A stretch of 31,751 nt of DNA from Bdellovibrionota bacterium (lineage in GTDB: Bacteria; Bdellovibrionota_C; UBA2361; OMII01), in contig JBIKWQ010000036.1 in NCBI GenBank assembly GCA_044356215.1, positions 1 through 31,751 of the forward strand, in the 5' to 3' direction. The translations under genes were made by a program, and so were the position numbers. Position 1 is the first letter of the stretch. Each line of letters begins with the position of its first letter. Below the pieces are notes generated by a model. The model saw only the letters and a list, made by a program, of their open reading frames with translations. It did not search any database and was not told the DNA's origin. This document shows, piece after piece, positions 1 through 8,037 of the stretch.

Positions 1-172
1 CTCTCGGTAGTTCAACAAACTCACTACCTTTTTGGTTCAGCTTCCGCACCCGACGATACATGCTCGATTTATTCAACGCTCGCTCCTGGCAGAACATCTC
101 AAGGCTCTGCCCACTTCGCGAATACTCATCGAGTATTAAATCGCACTTCTCCTGGCTACGATACTTTCTCAT
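1..172 (-). CDS. tnpA: IS66 accessory protein TnpA-like (3' partial)
   Basis: Manual translation gives MRKYRSQEKCDLILDEYSRSGQSLEMFCQERALNKSSMYRRVRKLNQKGSEFVELPR..., matching the SGxSxxxFC...HTH...FV pattern of IS66 TnpA. RBS GGAGGAG at 187-181 (minus strand). Confidence 0.75.
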   Translation of the reverse strand, partial: MRKYRSQEKCDLILDEYSRSGQSLEMFCQERALNKSSMYRRVRKLNQKGSEFVELPR

Positions 173-279
173 CGCTTAATCTCCTCCAACTATAGCTCGC
201 GGCGTAAAATCACGGCGAAGCCACGCTTTTTAGCCGGTTCAGATTGCGTTGAATAGGGGGCTTAGTTACGGGCGCTTAC
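1..279 (-). mobile_element. Left end of an IS66-family insertion sequence, running off the window start
   Basis: The minus strand from 279 reads GTAAGCGCCCGTAACTAAGCCCCC, a GTAAGCG start typical of IS66 terminal inverted repeats. A TnpA-like ORF begins about 107 bp inside. Confidence 0.8.
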
Positions 280-480
280 CGTGAATCGCGATCTGGTTGC
301 TTAGGACGTTAGTGGCCATGACGGCACCATGCTCGGTAAACATATATGGTCGATAGCGACGTCCGCCTCTAGGTGTATTTGAAGTCGTAAATTGCGACCT
401 CAAACTTGCAACATGGAGTATCAACCGACCATCCGCCGGAGAAGTTGCTTGATCGATGGCAAGGAGATTACAATGGAGGC

Positions 481-510
481 CAGCAGGTGTCTAAGCGCCT
501 GCTGCTTTTA
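481..510 (+). terminator. Possible intrinsic terminator
   Basis: Stem CAGCAGGTG (481-489) / CGCCTGCTG (496-504) with one G-U pair, followed by CTTTTA. The U tract is short. Confidence 0.4.
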
Positions 511-534
511 ACTGTTGTCCTACGGCACGCGATC

Positions 535-1010
535 ATGAATTTGTTCGTACTATCTCAAATGCTCGTCGCCATGGCTTTCGTTTGCGACATCGTCTCATTT
601 CAGTTTCCGGATCGTAAAACCATTCTAGCATGTCTTGTGGCTTCAACAGGGCTGAGTTCCGCTCACTACTTTCTACTTTTGAGCCCGAGTGCGGGATGTT
701 TGATGCTTTTAGCCGCGCAAGGTTTTCAGTCGCCTATCTCAGCAAGCATCGGTGGTGGATGTGGTTCTTCATGGGACTGGCGACCGGGGTCCTATTCTTA
801 ACTTATCGGGTTCCAGCAAATTTGGTTGCATTTCACGCTTCTGTTCTTATGACATTTGCAAGTTGTCAGGATGGCGATAAAACTTTGCGGCTATGGATGA
901 TGGTGGGAGCTACGGCGTGGCTTACCAATATTTTGATTAGTTCGCCGACTGCTGTTAGACTCGAAATGTGCTTTCTCGGGAGCAATCTTTTTGGATTCTG
1001 GAGATGTATG
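535..1010 (+). pseudogene. YgjV-family inner membrane protein, frameshifted (3' end approximate)
   Basis: ATG at 535 gives MNLFVLSQMLVAMAFVCDIVSFQFPDRKTIL...HYFLL...LMLLAA. It continues in the frame of ORF 630..1469 as ARFSVAY...DKTLRLWMMVG...SPTAVRLEMCFLGSNLFGFWR. The joined protein resembles the YgjV family, with a frame break near 717. Confidence 0.7.
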
Positions 1011-2050
1011 GCTATAAATTTTTTAAATCTTCTGGAATTGTCAGGAAAACTATTTGGTCGCGATGGAATACAAGAAACTTGGGAGAGGATTCGACTTCCA
1101 CGAGCTCAGGAGCTTCTTTTGGAAACCTTAACAGGGCATGTAAAAGACATCGCGCTACCGACTGGACATGCCCCGAAATGGCCTCGTGATAGAGCGTCTG
1201 ACACGAGTTATCTGAACGGTTGGCATCGTAGATCTTTGTCCAATCATCGACCTGAAGCTAGTATGGGTCTGTCTGTGACATACCGTCTTTTTACTCCAGA
1301 CCTGGAATTTCGGATTTGGCAAGACCTTAACGGATACGGATTGAGTATTCGTGCTCGCGCTAAAGAGGCGCCGGCTTTAAATATGCACCCGTCAGCAATA
1401 GCAAAGAATTTATTTGCCCAACTAAAGTTTGCGGAAGGCATTCCAGATTTTGTTACGCTCAGGGCATAGCAATTTTCAGGACCGCTAGCGCAAGCGGTTT
1501 GGCTAAGTAAATACAGATCGAGGCTCCGAGGTCTTTGCGGGTGAGTGAATAGTGTGGCTTATAGAACAATTCAAGGCTGCAGTGCCTCCCTACGCTGGTG
1601 TTTCAGTCGGTCGCTGCTCTAAACTTTATCGCAGTACAATCCGAATTATTCGCATGGTTATTTCGCTTCAGCCTCTCTTCAAAGAGCAAGATACAGAGGC
1701 GCTGCGTGATATGATGAAAGTACGTTGTTTCTTGTTCCAGTGCGGAATGAGGTTCTCGCCAGATTACATTCCGATATCTGAAGGACTGAACCTCTGGTTG
1801 TCGACCGGTTATCCACCATCAGCTACGGCTGGCAGTTTGTTTCTTACGCACACTCCGAACGTCCCACACTCGTATATAAGCCGGTCTTACCCTAATCCAG
1901 AAATTTATCGACCTCCCCTTACCCTGCCTTTATCCCCCAGGGCTTCCCTGAACGAGCATCTGCAGGTTTCATCAGCGCAAATAACCCTGTCATACTAGGT
2001 AGTTATATTTTTGGAATTGCTTTTTCCATTTATGCAGCTAATATGGAGAA

Positions 2051-3187
2051 ATGATTTCCAGAATTCTAACTCTCTCAGGAACCTCGAGCTATTTTCTTTT
2101 TGGGCCGCGAGGGGTAGGCAAAACAAAGTTTCTCCTTACCCACTTCCCGAATGCCCTCTACATAGACTTACTAGAGGATGAAAAGTTCAACATGCTGATC
2201 AGCTCTACTCAAAGACTAGAGCAACTTATTAACGACTCGGGGAAGAAGCAGGTTGTAATAGATGAAGTGCAAAAGATACCCAGAATCCTCGATGAAGTGC
2301 ACAGGCTTATTGAGAAGAATAACATACAGTTCATCCTGACGGGCTCGAGCGCGCGAAAACTCAAACGTGCGGGAGTCAATCTACTTGCCGGAAGAGCCAT
2401 TACGAAATACATGTATCCACTCACCGCGCTCGAGCTGGGCGCTAAATATGACTTTTCTAAATCATTATTGAGTGGATTGCTCCCTTCTGCATACCTCGGG
2501 GAGAACACAAAACAATATTTATCCAGCTATGTTGCCACATACTTAAAAGAGGAGATTCAACAAGAGGGCCTTACAAGAAATCTAGGCGCGTTCTCAAGGT
2601 TCCTCGAAGCCGCGTCGCTCTCTCAAGCTCAGCAGATAAATATTTCGGACGTTGCCCGTCAGTGTTCCGTCGAACGCAAAACTGTAGAGCAGTATTTCAC
2701 TATCCTTGAAGACCTAATGCTCGCCACCCGGTTGCCGGTGTTTACAAAAAAGGCATCGCGCGACATGACACAACATCCAAAGTTTTTTCTTTTTGATGTA
2801 GGGGTATACCGCGCGCTTCGACCTAAGGGCCCACTTGATATGCCTGAAGAAATTGATGGGGCCGCCTTTGAGACACTTCTGCTTCAAGAGATGCGGGCAA
2901 TTAACGACTACTGTGATCTCGGCTATTATTTTTATTTTTGGAGGACGAAAACAAAACTTGAGGTGGATATAATAGCTTACGGAGAGAGAGGTATTCTAGC
3001 CTGCGAGGTGAAGCGTACCGCCCACGTAAGAAGAGAGGATCTAAGAGGGCTTCTCGCCTTTAAAGAGGATTACCCAACTTCAAAGCTATTCCTATTCTAC
3101 GGCGGAGAGAAACGCTACACAGAGAGCGGAATTGCATTTGTCCCGCTTAGGGAAGCGATGTCGGATATCAGAAATATCTTATCGTAG
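2051..3187 (+). CDS. ATP-binding protein, AAA_14 + DUF4143 family
   Basis: Walker A GPRGVGKT, Walker B VVIDEVQK, LTGSS, LAGRA, PKFFLFDVG, and C-terminal EVDII...CEVK (PD-(D/E)xK-like). 378 aa. Confidence 0.9.
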   Translation: MISRILTLSGTSSYFLFGPRGVGKTKFLLTHFPNALYIDLLEDEKFNMLISSTQRLEQLINDSGKKQVVIDEVQKIPRILDEVHRLIEKNNIQFILTGSSARKLKRAGVNLLAGRAITKYMYPLTALELGAKYDFSKSLLSGLLPSAYLGENTKQYLSSYVATYLKEEIQQEGLTRNLGAFSRFLEAASLSQAQQINISDVARQCSVERKTVEQYFTILEDLMLATRLPVFTKKASRDMTQHPKFFLFDVGVYRALRPKGPLDMPEEIDGAAFETLLLQEMRAINDYCDLGYYFYFWRTKTKLEVDIIAYGERGILACEVKRTAHVRREDLRGLLAFKEDYPTSKLFLFYGGEKRYTESGIAFVPLREAMSDIRNILS

Positions 3188-3549
3188 AAAGAGCTTTGGT
3201 GTTTTTTGGTGTTGGAGCCACCACAAGTTCAAGATTATTAGTAGCTCGCGGCTCGGCGTGGAGCCCACGGCATACCTGACTATTGCCCACATTCATTTGC
3301 GATGAATTCGTAGAGCTCAGTCAGATAGGCCAGTCTTTACCAGCCGCGCCACAGAGCGGCACAGCCAGGAGCCCTTAAGGGTCGCTTTGCTCGGAAGGCA
3401 GGGTCATATCGCCGAATCTCTAGGGAGGGTTTTTGCCTCGCTTCCCTAGGGGCTAATATGGCAGAGGTTAGAGCAACGCAGCGATTGCTCGCTATGAATA
3501 TACTTCTGTCACGGCCGTTTTGCTGATAGGGTGACCTCAGGAATTTATT

Positions 3550-4011
3550 ATGCAACAAAATAATCCACAAAGTGATTCGTCTGCTTCAGATTATGTCCTC
3601 CGTCTCTCTCGAGAAGTCGACGTTGTTAAAATTCAGGATCTAACTCAGGCGGTAGGTTGGGGTCGCCGTGGTGATGATAAGTGGAGAGAGATCCTTTCTA
3701 AGTCGGCTGTGGTCTGCTCGCTTTGGCACGGAGAGCGGCTAGTGGGGTTCGGTCGCATAGTTGAAGATGGGGTTATGAGCATGATGTATGACATCGCTGT
3801 TCACCCTGATTTGCAGCGTCAGGGTCTGGGATCTAAGATTATGCAGGCTCTTATTGATCAAGTTAAAGATAAAGGATACGTCTCAATAGGTCTCTTCGCC
3901 TGGGATAAGAACCCCGGAAATATTCCATTTTATGAGAAGTTTGAGTTTGTCGCGTCACACGGGATGGAGCTTGCGCGGTATATGAAGACCGAAGGGGGGA
4001 GTGAGGTTTAG
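3550..4011 (+). CDS. GNAT-family N-acetyltransferase
   Basis: LVGFGR, DIAVHPDLQRQGLGSKIM (acetyl-CoA motif A) and FYEKFEF. Confidence 0.9.
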   Translation: MQQNNPQSDSSASDYVLRLSREVDVVKIQDLTQAVGWGRRGDDKWREILSKSAVVCSLWHGERLVGFGRIVEDGVMSMMYDIAVHPDLQRQGLGSKIMQALIDQVKDKGYVSIGLFAWDKNPGNIPFYEKFEFVASHGMELARYMKTEGGSEV

Positions 4012-4023
4012 TCTTAATTATCA

Positions 4024-4743
4024 ATGGACAATCACTCGAAAAGTCACCGCTACGAATTATTTGGTGAGCAGTATGCGCGGCTTGGATTTTCTGACACATA
4101 CTACTTAGGATTTCGCGATATTCCCCAACTAATTAGCGAGTATCAGCTCTCAGTTGGCCTGGCGCTTGATCATGGTTGTGGCGGAGGACGTGCGACCAGA
4201 TTTCTTAAGCGGATAGGCTTCAGGACAATCGGTGTTGATAGAAATGCAGAGATGGTAAAACGAGCATTAGGGGAGGATCCTTCAGGGGATTATCGCACAG
4301 TGCCGGCAGATACCCTAGAATCTATCGCAAGCCAATCTATAGACCTAATTTTTCAAAGCTCTGTTCTCGAGGAGTATCAGTCCATCGATTCCATGATCAA
4401 AACCTTCCATGGGTTCCATCGAGTGTTACAGCCCGAGGGCAAGGTAATTATAGTTACGGCAAGTGAGGAATTGCCGAGAGGAGATTGGGCTTCCTTTTAT
4501 TACCCTGATCGACACCTTACGCCTCAAAGTGGCGAGCAGGTTCGCTGTGTCGTGCGTAACTCTGATATTGTTTTCAATGACTACTATTGGACAGATAGCG
4601 ATCTGCGCCGGGCATTTGACCGAAGTAGCTTTGAGGTCTTGCGGCTCCATAAGCCTCTGGCAAAAGGCGATGAGCCGTATGAGTGGCGAGATGAGACAAA
4701 ACAGCCGCCATGGTCTGTGTATTTGTTACGAAAGAGAGGGTAG
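4024..4743 (+). CDS. Class I SAM-dependent methyltransferase
   Basis: Motif I ALDHGCGGG, IGVD, IDLIF and HRVLQPEGKVII. Confidence 0.9.
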   Translation: MDNHSKSHRYELFGEQYARLGFSDTYYLGFRDIPQLISEYQLSVGLALDHGCGGGRATRFLKRIGFRTIGVDRNAEMVKRALGEDPSGDYRTVPADTLESIASQSIDLIFQSSVLEEYQSIDSMIKTFHGFHRVLQPEGKVIIVTASEELPRGDWASFYYPDRHLTPQSGEQVRCVVRNSDIVFNDYYWTDSDLRRAFDRSSFEVLRLHKPLAKGDEPYEWRDETKQPPWSVYLLRKRG

Positions 4744-4791
4744 TGAAATTATGCGTGACAGTGAGTGGAAATTCGCGGAAGGTAATCACTA

Positions 4792-5094
4792 ATGAGCATA
4801 AATGATTCTATAAGCTCCGCTGATAGTTTAAACCAAATAAGTGAGAGACTCGCCGCCCTCGAGAGAGAGCTAAAGTCGATACGAGAGCGTAATCTTCGAG
4901 TAGAGGCTAGTAAGGAGTGGGAGACGAGCCGCGCTAGGCTGTTTTCGATTACCGGTATTACTTATGTCACCATGCTATTAGTGTTTATGGTTTTGGGCTC
5001 CAGTAAGCCGTTTGCCGATGCCCTTGTACCGACTACAGGATTCTTCCTTTCTACGCTGTCGCTGTCGTTTCTGCGGGATCGGTTCGGGAAATAA
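4792..5094 (+). CDS. Small hypothetical membrane protein (coiled N-terminus, about 2 TM segments)
   Basis: RNLRVEASKEWETS followed by two hydrophobic segments. Co-directional with the two upstream genes. Confidence 0.75.
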   Translation: MSINDSISSADSLNQISERLAALERELKSIRERNLRVEASKEWETSRARLFSITGITYVTMLLVFMVLGSSKPFADALVPTTGFFLSTLSLSFLRDRFGK

Positions 5095-5114
5095 ATATTG
5101 GACCTTGAGTGTCG

Positions 5115-5287
5115 AGCCTGTGATTTTTTACCGCGTGGGGAACAGGCCGCGACTGGTACGCAGCCATTGCTTTGTGTCCTTTGCGTCCTTAGTGGTAAAA
5201 TTATTCCGCAGCTCTTATTATCTCCTGTAGTGTTTTTATTTTTCACCACAAAGGACCCAAAGGACGCGAAGGGGGGCAGGTGTGAGA
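5115..5287. repeat. Palindromic intergenic repeat, copy 1
   Basis: TGTGATTTTTTACCGC...GACTG..., then CTTTGTGTCCTTTGCGTCCTTAGTGGTAAAA (5170-5200), a spacer containing GCAGCTCTTATTATC, TTTTCACCACAAAGGACCCAAAGGACGCGAAG (to 5271), and GTGTGAGA. Confidence 0.95.
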
Positions 5288-5337
5288 ATATCATTATCTG
5301 TGTTGTCCAACACAAAAACTAACTCGGTCGCTCAAGT

Positions 5338-5843
5338 ATGATTAATCTATCAAAAGGACAACAAGGAGCTGTTGAGATCCGTCCAAGATTTCCGGCTAAT
5401 CATATCTCTATTGACCCACATGTATTTCAACTAATATCGGAAGTACAAGATCAGCTGCCGCGACACACCCGAATCATTATTACGCGTGGCTATGAAAGCG
5501 CACAGAGTGTTGTGGGTGTTTTAAGAACTATTGAACGTTTTGCTGGCTCTAAAATATTCAAGTTAATTTATCCAGTTCGCATAGCCGAGGTTCCAGAGAT
5601 CTTCCTGCCTAACGGTCACGACAAAGATGGTAGGCACGTTGATTTATCAATTATGGAGAATAATAGAATCATTAAATTACTCCCGTTTGGAGTGTTTACG
5701 CCGCTGCGCATAATAGAAAAAATGCCCAACTTCACGCTGATACGATCGGCCTAATCGAGGCAAAGTTCCGTCATGTTGGCGCGCGTTTCCACAGCAATCA
5801 ACTGGAGAGACTACAGATGCATGTCGATTTTGCCCCCCTGTAG
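5338..5843 (+). pseudogene. Hypothetical protein, possibly M15/VanX-like Zn peptidase fold, broken by a -1 frameshift in an A6 run
   Basis: ORF 5338..5754 carries IITRGYES and GHDKDGRHVDLSI. The -1 frame from 5721 reads NAQLHADTIGLIEAKFRHVGARFHSNQLERLQMHVDFAPL* (stop 5841-5843). A run at 5717-5722. Confidence 0.55.
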
Positions 5844-5881
5844 ATTAGCTAGAGGCGTGAAGCATTCAGGCTTGATCATCT

Positions 5882-6072
5882 AGCATGTGATTTTTTACCG
5901 CAGGTGGCGTAGCGGACGCGGGGGCGCGGAGAGCGACTGATACACAGCCCGCACTTTGTGTCCTTTGCGTCCTTAGTGGTAAAATAATCCTGCAGCTCTT
6001 ATTATCAATCTTAAAGTGATTTTATTTTTCACCACAAAGGACCCAAAGGACGCAAAGGGGAGAAGTGTGAGA
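5882..6072. repeat. Palindromic intergenic repeat, copy 2 (most complete)
   Basis: Same arms as copy 1. The 31-bp left arm (5954-5984) is identical. Right arm TTTTCACCACAAAGGACCCAAAGGACGCAAAG, ending GTGTGAGA. Confidence 0.95.
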
Positions 6073-6162
6073 GCAGCAATTATAGGTTTATCATCTCTTA
6101 AACCACTAGCCGACAGAGATAACTTTGATAGATTGAATAATCTGCAGGTGATTTGATGACCA

Positions 6163-6921
6163 CTACTTCACAGACATCACCTCTATACCCTTATCTTTGA
6201 AGCCCCGCTTTATAGTCTCAGGAGTATTGTCGTTTACGATTAAGACATCGACATCGCTTGAGGGGATAATTAAGTGAGGAGACGCGGCGTTTAGCTTTTC
6301 TGGTGAGGTGATTAACACTACCTCCGCCGCGCGAGAGCAGAACGCTCTCTTGATGCCGGCTTCCTCCCAGTCGCCCGTGGTGATTCCCGCTTCGGGATGC
6401 GCGCCTGTCGCGCCAAGGAAAAAAATGTCTAGATGAATCCTTTCAAGAGCGTTTAAAGTTTCCGCTCCAAGAGTCACCATAGAATGTTTGAAAAGTTTTC
6501 CACCAAGAAGAAGTACCTCAACAGAGTCGTGGTAACGTAGCTCTGAGGCGATCGTGGGGCTATGCGTAACGATGGTTATCTTTAGATCTCGGCGCAGATG
6601 ACGAATCAATTGAAGATTGGTAGTGCCTCCATCAATACCTATTACCTGTCCGGGTTCGATCATCTCAGCCGCGATTTTCGCGAGTTGATCTTTTGTCTCG
6701 GTCGATAGCGACTCCCTTGTTGTGTAATCGCCCACCGCGGGAGAGGTTGATATTGCTCCTCCGTGGACACGCTGAAGCAGTCCCTGCCTGGCAAGCTCGC
6801 GGAGGTCTCTTCGGATGGCATCCTCGGAAAGATCCCATTCATTACTTAGCTCGTTGACGGCAACCTGACCGTTTTTAAGAACTCGCTCAAGAATTAATTT
6901 GCGGCGCTGAGTGGTTAACAT
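6163..6921 (-). CDS. DeoR/GlpR-family transcriptional regulator
   Basis: N-terminal HTH SEDAIRRDLREL...RVHGGA and sensor domain IDGGTT, IVTHS. Start moved to ATG 6921 (MLTTQRR), which has a GGAG RBS just upstream. Confidence 0.93.
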   Translation of the reverse strand: MLTTQRRKLILERVLKNGQVAVNELSNEWDLSEDAIRRDLRELARQGLLQRVHGGAISTSPAVGDYTTRESLSTETKDQLAKIAAEMIEPGQVIGIDGGTTNLQLIRHLRRDLKITIVTHSPTIASELRYHDSVEVLLLGGKLFKHSMVTLGAETLNALERIHLDIFFLGATGAHPEAGITTGDWEEAGIKRAFCSRAAEVVLITSPEKLNAASPHLIIPSSDVDVLIVNDNTPETIKRGFKDKGIEVMSVK

Positions 6922-6945
6922 GAAAGCTCCAAGATGATATTGACC

Positions 6946-7031
6946 TGCATGAAACTGCATGATAATACACGAAACCGCAGTTTATGCAAAGCAGCAAAGC
7001 ATAAACTGCTATAATCATGATATTTCGTGCA
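6946..7031. promoter_or_regulatory. Divergent promoter region with candidate DeoR operator repeats and an extended -10
   Basis: Tandem 10-mers TGCATGAAAC / TGCATGATAA / TACACGAAAC (6946-6975). Perfect 11-bp IR GCAGTTTATGC (6977-6987) / GCATAAACTGC (6999-7009). TGCTATAAT (7007-7015). Inverted motif copy ATTTCGTGCA (7022-7031). Confidence 0.65.
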
Positions 7032-7048
7032 ATTGGGAGTGTAAGGAA

Positions 7049-7432
7049 ATGAAGAGTTTGATGGTTCTGATAGCAGGCCCTTACAGAGGAGGGACGGGTG
7101 ACGACCCGTTTCTAATGAGACGCAATCTGGATTTCCTTGAGGATGTGGCACTTCAGGTGTGGCGTAAGGGCCATATTCCAGTAATCGGAGAGTGGCTTGC
7201 TCTGCCGCTCATGCATCGAGCGGGATCGCGATCTGTTGGCGACCCAATATACAAGGAGATGGCATACCCGGTGGCGCACAGAGTTCTCGAGAGGTGCGAA
7301 GCGGTGCTTCGGGTTGGTGGGCCATCGCAGGGCGCTGACCAGGATGTTGAGTTAGCGAAAAAATTGGGACTAAAGATCTTTTTCGACGCGGAAGATGTGC
7401 CTTTAGTACAGGGAAGTGGTGATAACCTATGA
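7049..7432 (+). CDS. DUF4406-like / nucleoside deoxyribosyltransferase-fold small protein
   Basis: MKSLMVLIAGPYRGGT...GHIPVIGEWLALP...CEAVLRVGGPSQGADQDV. ATG 7049 is preceded by AAGGA. ATGA overlap with the Nudix gene. Confidence 0.75.
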   Translation: MKSLMVLIAGPYRGGTGDDPFLMRRNLDFLEDVALQVWRKGHIPVIGEWLALPLMHRAGSRSVGDPIYKEMAYPVAHRVLERCEAVLRVGGPSQGADQDVELAKKLGLKIFFDAEDVPLVQGSGDNL

Positions 7433-8037
7433 ACCCGAATATAGAGATCCTAGAAACTAAGATCCTATCCGATAACTGGTATATCTTGAAAAAAGTCGCG
7501 TTTCGTCAGCGAGATAAATCAGGAAATTGGACTATCCAGAATCGCGAGGTATATGACAGGGGCAACGGGGCTACTATCTTGTTATACAACGTGGAGAATC
7601 GAACGGTGATCTTAACGCGACAATTTCGCCTCCCAACTTTTGTTAATGGCAACGAGAGTGGCATGTTAATAGAAACGTGCGCGGGATTGCTCGATGACAA
7701 CGATCCAAAAACCGCGATCTTACGCGAGACCGAGGAGGAAACCGGATTTAAAATTGAGAAAGTCAAAAAGATCTTTGAGGCCTACATGTCACCGGGATCG
7801 GTTACCGAGGTGCTACACTTTTATGTGGGTGAATATTCAAACGGCATGAGAGTTTCAGCAGGTGGCGGGACGGGAGCGGACGAGCAGATCGAGGTGCTGG
7901 AGCTTAAGTTTGATACTGCCTATCGCATGATAGAAAGTGGCGAAATAAAGGACGGAAAGACTATTATGCTTCTGCAGTATGCGCGTCTAAATGGGCTTTG
8001 TAACGAGCGCGGCGAGCGCGGAGGAGACTGCCGCTAA
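7429..8037 (+). CDS. nudK: GDP-mannose pyrophosphatase NudK/YffH-type Nudix hydrolase
   Basis: LSDNWYILKK, REVYDRGNGATILLY, Nudix box AGLLD...AILRETEEETG, YMSPGSVTE and DGKTIMLLQY. Confidence 0.9.
   Translation: MNPNIEILETKILSDNWYILKKVAFRQRDKSGNWTIQNREVYDRGNGATILLYNVENRTVILTRQFRLPTFVNGNESGMLIETCAGLLDDNDPKTAILRETEEETGFKIEKVKKIFEAYMSPGSVTEVLHFYVGEYSNGMRVSAGGGTGADEQIEVLELKFDTAYRMIESGEIKDGKTIMLLQYARLNGLCNERGERGGDCR

Noticed and set aside
406..534. N-terminal 43 codons of ORF 406..801
   Set aside because: YgjV-like similarity begins at ATG 535, and the upstream part spans a terminator-like hairpin.
1552..1998. ORF 1552..1998 (148 aa)
   Set aside because: GTG start with no clear RBS, no recognisable motif, and a Pro/Ser-rich tail. 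Probably non-coding or decayed DNA.
1995..2006. 12-bp match CTAGGTAGTTAT also at 31699-31710
   Set aside because: Several 12-mer matches are expected by chance in 32 kb, and nothing else suggests an att site or target duplication.
4962..5322. ORFs 4962..5315, 5012..5230 and 5098..5322
   Set aside because: They are translations across repeat copy 1 and have no protein-like features.
5317..5337. attC-like fragment AACTAAC-TCGGT-CGCTCAAG / integron
   Set aside because: It resembles an attC left half, but there is no complementary right half with GTTRRRY and no integrase in the window.
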